A stretch of 64,000 nucleotides of DNA. Source: Lama glama. Taxonomy: Eukaryota. The stretch spans positions 20,772,001-20,836,000 of the forward strand of contig CM052816.1 in assembly GCA_028534125.1 (NCBI GenBank). The letters run 5' to 3'. Made by a program: the position numbers and the translations under genes. Positions 54,636-64,000 of the stretch are shown piece by piece (positions within the stretch are counted from its first letter, which is position 1; every line of letters begins with the position of its first letter). The notes under the pieces are model-generated. The model made no database searches. It was not told the DNA's origin and was given only the letters and a program-made list of their open reading frames with translations.

Positions 54636-54885
54636 GCCAGAACATTGTCACAGCCTTCACAATGTACTCACTCTCTTTTTCAACTATCACCTTCCAAAAA
54701 CTATCTTTGTGCCCAGGTCCTGCCCAGGTGCAGCCCACAGTCTGCAGGAACTGAATGGACCCAAGGCCAGAACTCCATCACAGCCTTCACAATGTACTCA
54801 CTCTTCTTGTTCAACCATCACATTCCAAAATCCATCTTTGTGCCCAGGTGGAACCCACAGTCTGCAGGAGTCGAATGGACCCAAG
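54636..54885. repeat. Diverged tandem duplication (130 bp + 120 bp)
   Basis: GCCAGAAC...TCACAGCCTTCACAATGTACTCACTCT...CCCACAGTCTGCAGGA...GAATGGACCCAAG at 54636-54765 and 54766-54885. Confidence 0.92.
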
Positions 54886-56916
54886 AGCCACTGGCACACA
54901 GGGTCACCAAGGGACCTGCAGGGGGGCTTGGTGAGAAAGGCTCTCTGGGAGAGGTGATGTGAAAGTCAATGGTAAGGCCTGATAAGAGGCTGCAGGGGTG
55001 AGGGCTTGCCTGCAGACAGGAAGAGCAAAAGCAAGGGACTGACACGAGAGAAGGCAAGAGTGATGGCACCAGAGGCATGACAGCTATGTGAGGGGAGCCC
55101 ACCACACACAGCAAAGCCAGCAGCACCATGGTGGGGTGCCATGTTGTCCTAGAAACAGAGAGCATCCTTTGGGCTCTGGGGAGCACCTTCCCAGCCAGGA
55201 ACTGGGGCCGCAGAGTGCAAGAAGGAGAGATGCTGCCAAGAGCAGTGATTCTGTCTCCCAGCCTGCATCCAGGACCCAGATGCCTTGAGGCTCAGGCACT
55301 CGATTACCCATAGCCTGGGGGTCACTATGCTCAAGGGGAGGCTGTAGGAATAAAGACAGAGAAAGCAGATGCCCCTATGGGAAGCAGGCAGAAACCGACA
55401 GATGGCCATGCACAGATCCTTTCCTATGAGCACAGAACCCTGGGACCCTGATGACCACAGAGGAGCTTCTATCAGGAGCTACAGGGACAGGGGTCTGGTA
55501 GGCCAGAGGTGTCCAAACAAGCTGGGGCTCCATAGGGTGGGGTGGGGACATATGAGGATGAGAATGAGGTGCTGGGAGAGAGGGGAATACAGGAGGGAAA
55601 GAGAGAACTGAGAAGTAGGGGGGTACACAGTCCCCAGAGGGGGCTGAGCAAACTAAGACAGGCCTAGGGTCCTAATAACCCAACACACAGGGGGCCAGTG
55701 AGCCATGAAGGAAGACTGGATGGATGGAGGCTAGCAGATGGTCCCAGAAACACAATTCTCTATTAGCCAGTGCTGGCTATGCCTGAATCTAAAGTTAATA
55801 TCAAAATTTTAAAACCTAAATGTTATGCAATAAATAGTACATTATATCATATTCAAGTCTAGACGGGTGCCATCCTTTTGTGTACAAAGATACCATTTTT
55901 ATCTGTCCAAAGAAAATTCATTTCTTTCCTTAGTCCACCTTCTCCAAAGACACTGGCCATCAGAGTTTATCCCTTCAAGCCAGAGTTTCCTGCCAAGTGA
56001 AATCCAGTTTCCAGATAGGCAATGTTGGTCAGGAGTGGCCAGAAGAACTGCTGGGTAGTGTCCCGAGCAGCCCAGGAGGAAGGGACAGGAACAGACAATC
56101 AACAGGGCCCACCAAGTGTACAATGGGCAGAACACACCCCCCAGACAGACCAACAGGGAGACATTAAGCCTCCCCGGGGGCACAAGGAAGAGAACGTGAC
56201 TCACAGACATCCTGGGGAAACCTTAAAAGGAGCCATGGTCCTGTGTTCACACTGATCGGGCTTCCTGAAAACCGAAGGGCAATCTGAATCAGCACTGGCT
56301 GATGTACTGCTAGGCAACCACACCAGTACTGCTTCAGGATACAGCAACACTCATGCTGTATGCTCTCATTTTTGTAAAAGAATACTAGCGGGAAAATGGG
56401 CCCAAATGTTTATCACTGAATTCTGGGATCTTAAGTGGTCCAGTTTTCTTCTTTATGCTTATTTGTATTTTCTAAAATGTCTACAATGAACTATATTATT
56501 CTAAATTATGTCTATATTAAGAGGAGGAACCTGACATTGACACCCAACCATGAATCACACAGGTGCAAGGCAGAGAGTCATGTTTTCCATCCACTCTTGT
56601 TCCCTCTAGGGCAGGCAAGGACAAGAAGGACCCTGTCTTTGGTGAATGAGGGCACTGTGAGGGGAGACACTCATCTCCCAAGTGAAAGCAACAAGAAAAA
56701 GTCAAACCTGCCTTATCCTCTCCAAACAACTGCAGGAAGAAAGACAAAACCCAGGAGGGCTAACGGAAAGATGATGGAATCCTTCCCACAGTCCAGCCAC
56801 TACCATATTAATGCTTCATCAATTCCTACCTCAGAAACAGTGGTCAGACTTCCCTCCCTGAGCATATGGCAGATTCAATCACTCCAACAACCCAACCATT
56901 AAAAATGCTGGATAAA

Positions 56917-58322
56917 TCGTAGCAATGTTCTCCTTAGCAATGTCCTATCCAGGCAATAGAAGTAAAAGCAAAAATTAACAAATAGGACCTAAGTAAACTT
57001 ACAAGCTTTTGCACAGCAAAAGAAATCATAAGCAAAACAAAACAACAACCTACAAAATGAGAGAAAATATTCACAAATGATGTAACTGAAAAAAGTTTAA
57101 TTTCCAGAAACTATAAATAGCTCATACAACTTAATAACCAAAAAACAAAGAACCCAATCCAAAAATAGGCAGAAGACCTAAACAAGCAATTCTCCAATAA
57201 AGACATACAAATGGCCAATAGGCACATGAAAAACTGCTCAATATCATTAATTATCAGAGAAATGTAAATCAAAACTATAATGAGGTATGACCTCACACCA
57301 GTCAGAATGGCTATCATTCAAAAGTCCACAAATGACAAATGCTGGAGAGGCTGTGGAGAAAAGGGAATCTTCCTATAGTGCTGGTGGGAATGTAGTTTGG
57401 TGCAGCCATAATGGAAAACAGTATGGAGAGTCCTCAAAAAACTAAAAATAGGCTTACCATATGATCCAGCAATCTCATTCCTTGGCATATATCCAGAGGG
57501 AACTCTAATTTGAAAAGATACCTGCACGCCAATGTTCAAAGCAGCACTATATCCAATAGCCAAGACATGGAAACAACCCAAATGTCCACCAACAAATGAC
57601 TGGATAAAGACATTGTGGTATATTTATACAATGGAATACTATTTAGCTATAAAAACTGACAACACAATGCCATTTGTTTGCAGCAACAAGGATGTCCCTG
57701 GAGAATGTCATTCTAAGTGAGGTAAGCCAGAAAGAGAAAGAAAAATACCATATGAAATCGCTCATATGTAGGATCTAAAAAAACAAAAACAAAACCAAAA
57801 TAAAAACAGATTCATAGACAATGAATACAAACTTGTGGTTGCCAAGGGGGAGGGGGGTGGGAAGGGACAGACTGGGAGTTCAAAATGTAGAACAGATAAA
57901 CAAGATTATACTGTATAGCACAGGGAAATATATACAGGATCTTGTAGCTCACAGCAAATAAAAAATGTGCGACAATGAATATATGTATGTTTATGTATAA
58001 CTGAAAGATTGTGCTCTACACTGGAATTTGACACAACATTGTTAAATGACTATAACTCAATAAAAAAATGTTAAAAAAATAAATAACAAAAAGATGAAAG
58101 CTCACTTTAGAGGAAAAAAAACTTTCTGTATAGCACAGGGAACTAAATTCAGTATCTTGCAATAACCTTTAATAAAAAAAGAATGTGAAAACAAATGTAT
58201 GTATATATATGCATGACTGGGACATTGTGCTGTACAACAGAAGTTGACACATTGTAACTGATGCTACTTCAATAAAAAAATTTTTAATTTTTTAAAAAAA
58301 GAACATCTGGCAAACAGGAAAA
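56917..58322 (+). mobile_element. 5'-truncated L1 (56917-58080) plus ~240-bp 3' extension containing a second L1 terminus, all inside one TSD
   Basis: ORF2 3' end, 3' UTR and A tail at ~58060-58085. AAAAAT(G/A)CTGGATAAA duplicated at 56901-56916 and 58323-58338. Confidence 0.88.
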
Positions 58323-59032
58323 AAAAATACTGGATAAAAATATCTTAAAAGGAGATCATCTTCTTAAACATCAAGCAGGTGAGAAGAGCGTAAGAAAATG
58401 AGTGGGAACCCAGAGCTGGAAGCAGGGCCGTGAAGTTTTCCTAAGAGGACTTGTCTAACCAATGGGCTTTCATTCCAACAGCCTCACAAGGAAACAGTCA
58501 GGACCCACTCAAGGTGGGAGTCTGCTAGGACATCCTCGCCCCCAGAAAGCTGGGGCCTCAAAGGGCTATACCCTCTGGCTAAGGATGAACTAGAGGTCAA
58601 CTAACTCATCCCCACCCCAGCTCCAGGGAACCTCAAGGAGGCTGTGTTGGTGCTGAGGAGAGCAGGGGGCAAGGTTTCTGAAAAATCGTAATCACCTCTG
58701 CAGACCAAACTCAAAACACCCACACTCAAAAGACCTTAAGCCTCAAGTTTAGTTTAAAGATGTTTCAGTTATATATAAAATAGGTAACATGGTCACAGAA
58801 AGAAGATGATTTCAAGGGACTTTGGGACATAGTAGTTTGCTCATCCTAAGAAGGTCATATTGAGAGCTAGAAGAACTGTAAAAAGAAATATTAAACTTCA
58901 CTCAGTAGCATTATTGCTAATAATATTATAGTATATATCTAACATATACCATAATGATATTATGATTAATATTATTTGTATTGTTATTTTTAAGCTGTCA
59001 TATATTTAGCAGGATAAAGCAAGTAAGAAATG

Positions 59033-59434
59033 GTATCAGTCTGGATAGATTTTGCTGTAATAATAATTAACTTTGGACCCTCAGTGGCCTGAAACAACAG
59101 ATTTATTCCTTGCACATTCCATACATCCAATAGAGATCATCAGGATGTGATGCTCTGTTCATTATAGTTTCACAAGGACCCAGGCTAATAAAAACTCCAT
59201 CTCAATGCATTTTCACAATTGCTGAGGCTAGGCAAAAGAAACTGGAGCCAGAATCGGCAATTAGGTGATCTAGCCTGGAAGTGAAAAAAATGCTATTTCT
59301 CCTCATAACTCATTGGCCAGAATCATGTCAGGGGGGCAAATTCCACCACAAGAGGGCGAAGAAGTTCAGAATTGTATATGCTCCTGCAGAGCTAAAAACA
59401 GAGTTATCAGGTGAGTAACATTAAAGACCACCAC
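59033..59434 (-). mobile_element. Old MaLR solo LTR (MLT1J/K/L-like)
   Basis: CTCAGTGGCCTGAAACAACAGATTTATT..., GGACCCAGGCT, GCCTGGAAGTGA, CATTGGCCAGAA and an ...ACCACCACA end. Confidence 0.65.
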
Positions 59435-60242
59435 AGGATTTATGTTAACACACAAGAAAAGAGGTACAAATAAAAACTCCAGAAAAGTTCATTAAAACCC
59501 TATAATTAAATTATGGATTGGAAATAGCAATATAAACTCAAATTTAAGTCTCTACTAATCAAAACTCTCAAACTCCAAAAGGAAAAATTACTAACACTCA
59601 CTCAAGAAGAAATAGATAACCTGCATAGCTCTACATCTATTGAAGAAAATTAATTTATAACTGGGAAGCTTCCCACAAAGAAAACTCTATGCCACATGGT
59701 TTCATTCTGCAAAATATTTAAGAAAAAATAGTACTAATTCTACAAAAATTAAAAAATTCCAGAAAAGCAGAGGAGGAAACAACACTTCCCAACTTATCCT
59801 ATGAGCCAAGCATTACCTACATAACAAAATCAGGTCAAAAAATTACAAGGGAAAAAAACAGACCAATACTTCTCAAGAGGAAGAATGTAGATTCAAATTT
59901 CCTTAGCAACATTTTAAAAATTCCAATCCAATATCATATAAATAGAATAACACATCATGACCAAGTAGGATTTATCCCAAAATGCAATATTGGCTTAAAA
60001 GGTGAAAATCAATTAATGTAATTTACTATATCAATAGAGTAAAAACAGAAAAACCATGTGATCATGTTAAGAGAAGCAGAAAAAGAATTTGATAAAATTC
60101 CACATCTAATCATGATTTAAAAAAAAAAAAAAAGACTCTCAGCAAAGCAGAAATCGGAAGGAACTTCTGCAGCCTGATAAAGGACACCTACAAAAAACTT
60201 ACAGCTAACATCGTCTTTAATGGTGAACAACTAAATGCCTTT

Positions 60243-60566
60243 TGTGAGGGTTAATTTTAACATGTAAATCAATAGACTTTAAGTAAAGCAGATTACTCTC
60301 CATAGTGTGAGTGGACCTCACCCAATCAATGGAAGACCTTAAAAGGAAAAAACTGACACCCCTGGAAGAGGGAATTCTGCCAGCAAACTGCCTCTGGACT
60401 CAAACTGTAGCATCAATTCTTTTCAAGGTCTCCAGCTACCGGCCTACCCTGTAAATTTTGGACTTGGCAGCCTCCACAACATATGAGCCAATTCCTTTAG
60501 ACAGACACCTACCCACATCCATACGTACACCCTGTTGGTTCTGTTTCTCTGAAGAACTATAATACA
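60243..60566 (+). mobile_element. ERVL solo LTR (MLT2-like, internally deleted)
   Basis: TGTGAGGGTTAATTTTA start and TTGGTTCTGTTTCTCTGAAGAACTATAATACA end; 5-bp TSD CCTTT/CCTTC. Confidence 0.82.
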
Positions 60567-60583
60567 CCTTCCCTCAAGATTGG

Positions 60584-61346
60584 TGTGCAGTTACCAAGTG
60601 AGCCTTTCTCAACTCCAAACCTCCCTTCCTCTCCCCTGAACTGTGACAGTGGAGCTGAACTCTGCATACCTTCCTTCTGTGCCAGCAGGCTCAATGTTAT
60701 GCTTTTCTGCAGAGGGCTCTGGCAGACACTGAATCAGTAGACGCAAGAAGGCACTGTCCTTCTTGAGTCCTCTTCTCCTTCCTTTTCATTAAGCTGAAGA
60801 GCCAGAGGGCTAGTATGGGAGACTCGCTGATGCTCACATCAGCAGCCCTCACACACAAGCCCAGCTGCACTTTCAGGGACACCCCAGGTCATGCCCTCTT
60901 CACCTGGAATACACTTTGGCGGCAGTCTGACCGGAAGCCCTCAGACCACACTCTCACAGCCCAGCAGCCACTTCCGTTCCATGTCTAGCTGCACCCTCGG
61001 GCATGTGTCTCCCCACCTGGCAAATCAACTGAGGCTCACTGTCCCTAGCAAGTTTCTTCAGCACTGACTGTGTGTTACTATTGTATCCATGCCTTCCTTG
61101 AGGTGATCTGAATCTCAGCCTTGATGGAGGGATGGGATGTGCCCTGCCTGCCAAGACCTAGTTCTTTCACTATCCACTCTTCTCTACATCAGGCTGTCAG
61201 CAACGTTTTTGTACTTGGCACTTTGGACCACATAGAATCCTCTTAAACCTCTGTTAGTAGTTAACCACTTGACACTAGCTATGAATTCTTTATATAAATT
61301 TCTGCTGTTCAAATTGGTAGATTCAATCTCCTGATTGACTGATATA
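60584..61346 (+). mobile_element. ERVL solo LTR (LTR33/LTR41-like)
   Basis: TGTGCAGTTACCAAG...TCTCAACTCCAAACC...GCCAGCAGGCTCAATGTTATGCTTT...AGAGGGCTCTGG start; ATAAATTTCTGCTGTTCAAAT...GACTGATATA end; 5-bp TSD ATTGG/GTTGG. Confidence 0.7.
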
Positions 61347-62009
61347 GTTGGGAACAAGGCAACATAACTGGGAATGGTCTGCTCACTGACTTTTGACAAA
61401 GGTGCTAAAGAAATTCAATGGAGGAAAGACAGCCTTTTCAACAAATGGTGCTAGAGCAGTTAGACATCTACATGCAAAAAATAAAGAACCTCAGCCTACA
61501 ACTCACGTCTTACAGAAAAATTAACTCAAAACAGATCATGAACTTAAATGTAAAAGATGAAAACAGAAAACTTTTAGGAAAAAATAGAAAATCTTCAGAA
61601 CCTAGGGCTAGGCCAAGAGTTCTTAGTCTTGACACCAAAAGCATGATCCATAAAGAAAAAATCTGTAAATGAGCACTCACCAAAATTTAAAATGTTTGCC
61701 CTGTGAAAGAGCCTGTTAAAAGAATGAAAAGATAAACTATTAATTAGGAGGAAATATTTGCAAACCATCTATCCAGTGAAGGACATGTATCTTTGTGTAT
61801 TACAAAGAACATTCAAAATCAACAGTAAAATATCAAGCAATCCAATTAGGAAATGCACTAAGTACATGAATTCTAAAATTCTAAAGCCAAACTTTCACCA
61901 AAGAGAATATATAGAAAGTAAATAAGCACATGAAGATATTCATCATCATTAGCCATAAGGGAAATGCAAATTTAAACCACAGTGAAAAATCACTACACAC
62001 CTATCAGAA

Positions 62010-62129
62010 TTTTTTTTTTGGAGGGGTAAATAAGTTTATTTATTTATTTTTAGTGTAGGTACTGGGGATTAAACCCAGGACCTTGTGCATGCTAAGCAGG
62101 CACTCTACCACTTGAGCTATACCTCCCCC
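62010..62129 (-). mobile_element. tRNA-Ala-derived SINE (camelid Vic-1-like)
   Basis: The reverse complement GGGGGAGGTATAGCTCAAGTGGTAGAGTGCCTGCTTAGCATGCACAAGGTCCTGGGTTTAATCCCCAGTACC resembles tRNA-Ala(AGC) with A and B boxes, followed by (TAAA)n and an A tail. TSD TCAGAATTT at 62004-62012 and 62130-62138. Confidence 0.9.
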
Positions 62130-62874
62130 TCAGAATTTCTTAAATACTACTGTGCTAAAATAAAAAAGTCACAACCCTAAATGCTGCTGAAGATGCAGCA
62201 AAAAAATGTATCACTCATATACTGCAGATGGGAATGTAAAATGGAAGACAGTTGAGCAGGTTTTTCAACTACTCTCTGACCAAATAATTACATTCCTGGG
62301 CATTTATCCTACAGAAACGAAGATTTAGCTTCACATGAAAACCTGTATCCAAGTGTTCATAACAGCTTTATTCATAACAGCCCCAAACTGGAAACAACTG
62401 AGATGTGAATCATTACACAAGCCATGGCACATCCACACCATGCAACACCACTCAGCAAAAAAGAAGAACAAACTACTGACACACGCAGCAGCCTTGAATG
62501 AATCTCCAAAAATTATGCTGAGTAGTGAAAAGGCTTGTACCAAAAGGTCGCATTCTGAATATAGGATTCCATTTATATTACTTCCTGAAATGGCAAAATC
62601 ATAGACAAGGATAGCAGATTAGTGGTTGTCGGAGATTTAGAAAGGGCACAAGGGTGGGAGGACACCGTGTCTGGCTATGAAATGACAACATGGAAGATTC
62701 TTGTTGCAGTGGAAATGTTGTGTCGTGACTGTGTCAACGTCAAGATCCTGGCTGTGAGGCTGTACTCTGTGCAAGATATGGAGGAACCTGGATAAAGGGT
62801 ACAGAAGACCTTTCTATATTATTTCTCACAACTATATGTGAATCTACAATTATCTCAAAGTTTTTTTTAAATTT

Positions 62875-64000
62875 AAAACCTCCAGGCCCAGACAGTGTCG
62901 CCAGTGAATTCTATCAACATTTAAGGAAGGCATTACACCTGTTTTATAGATTCTTCCACAGAATAGAAAGAAAATGCTAAAATTCCCAACTCATTTTGTG
63001 ATGCCAGAATAACCTTTTATACCAAAACCCAACAAGATCAATCCAAGACAGAAAAAGTTAAAAGCCTATCTGACTTATGAAATAGATACCAAAATCCTAA
63101 AAAAAATATCAGCAACTGAATCCAACAACTTAGAAAAGGGATCATGAATTATGACCAAGTCTGATTAATCTGAGAAATGCAAAGTTGATTTAACATTAGG
63201 AAATAATAACTGATATAATTTACCACATTATCAGATTAAAGGAGGTAAAACACATGAGCATTTCAATAGATGTAAAAAAAAAAAGCACTGAAAAAAAATT
63301 CTAACTCCATTCACTTTCATAGTGTCCTCTTTGCAAAGTAAAATTAGAAGAAAACTTTATTATTAAGATGAAAATCTACAGCAACATTCTTCATGGTAAA
63401 ACATTGAAAGTGTTCCTGTTCAGATGGGGAACAAGGCAAAGATTTTACTTGCCATTTCAATTCAGCCCTGTACACTGTGGTCCCAACTAGATCAATAAGA
63501 TAAGAAAATCGAAACAAAAGGTACAAGGATTTGAAATAAATAAATAATATTATATGATTGTGTAGGTAGAAAATTAAAATAAATATACAGCATACATTAT
63601 TAAAAGGAATGAATAAAGTCACTGTAAACACTTAAAAATAATAAAGTATAAAAAATAAAATTAATGAGAGCTCTGTAAGGTTACTGGATAAAAGAATTAG
63701 TACGACAAAATCAATTCTATCTCTGTATGTTGGCACAAACAGTAAAAATAAAATTTACTCTTTTGAAAGATGCCATTTACAATAGCATTAAAAGTGTACC
63801 CAGGGATAAAATCAACAAAGATATCTTAAGATCTCTCTGAAGAGAACTCTACGTGAGAGATATTAACAACACTAAATAGAGAGGCATACCATGTTGGTGG
63901 ATGGGAAGATTTAATAATATACTGATGTTAATTTTCCCCAGGCTGATTTACAAAATAATTATCATCTCAATCATCATTTCAAGAGCTGATTTTGGCAAGC
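62875..64000 (+). mobile_element. Old L1 ORF2 fragment (runs off the right edge)
   Basis: CCAGGCCCAGACAGTGTCGCCAGTGAATTCTATCAACATTTAAGG (SPGPDGF-like region); ATACCATGTTGGTGGATGGGAAGATTTAATA. Confidence 0.8.

Larger units (their letters stand above)
59580..62865 (+). mobile_element. Old L1 (L1MC/MD-like) ORF2 and 3' end, interrupted by two LTRs and a SINE
   Basis: RT-region remnants (CATCATGACCAAGTAGGATTTATCCC; GCAGAAAAAGAATTTGATAAAATTC) and the terminus TATTTCTCACAACTATATGTGAATCTACAATTATCTCAAAG. Confidence 0.75.

Noticed and set aside
62055..62129. tRNA-Ala gene
   Set aside because: It has a mutated T-loop (GGTTTAATCC), an A-rich tail and a TSD, so it is a SINE.

Overview
Mammalian genomic DNA, most likely from a camelid (camel/alpaca group), judged from a tRNA-Ala-derived SINE of the camelid Vic-1 type at ~62.0 kb. 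The + strand holds the 3' half of FSTL4 (follistatin-like 4). Eight GT-AG exons (20721-47393) splice into one open frame of about 504 aa: the second Ig domain, a 27-nt microexon, and the C-terminal region ending ...[11 protein letters not shown] long 3' UTR follows with several candidate poly(A) signals. The rest is intronic or intergenic and dominated by LINE-1, with L2, MIR, MaLR/ERVL solo LTRs, a MADE2 and one 500-N gap. Nearly all short ORFs in the track are spurious or LINE-1 debris. The most unusual items are: (1) two diverged L1 3' ends whose normal terminus is replaced by an unrecognised mRNA-like tail, differing by a 28-bp micro-inversion; (2) a probable L1 3' transduction; (3) a nested L1 whose target-site duplication bridges the assembly gap; (4) a neural-type microexon; (5) a degenerate core-plus-spacer repeat array; (6) a candidate extended 3' UTR. 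I found no evidence of a wholly new biological system. Repeat family names come from recognition, not from a database search.
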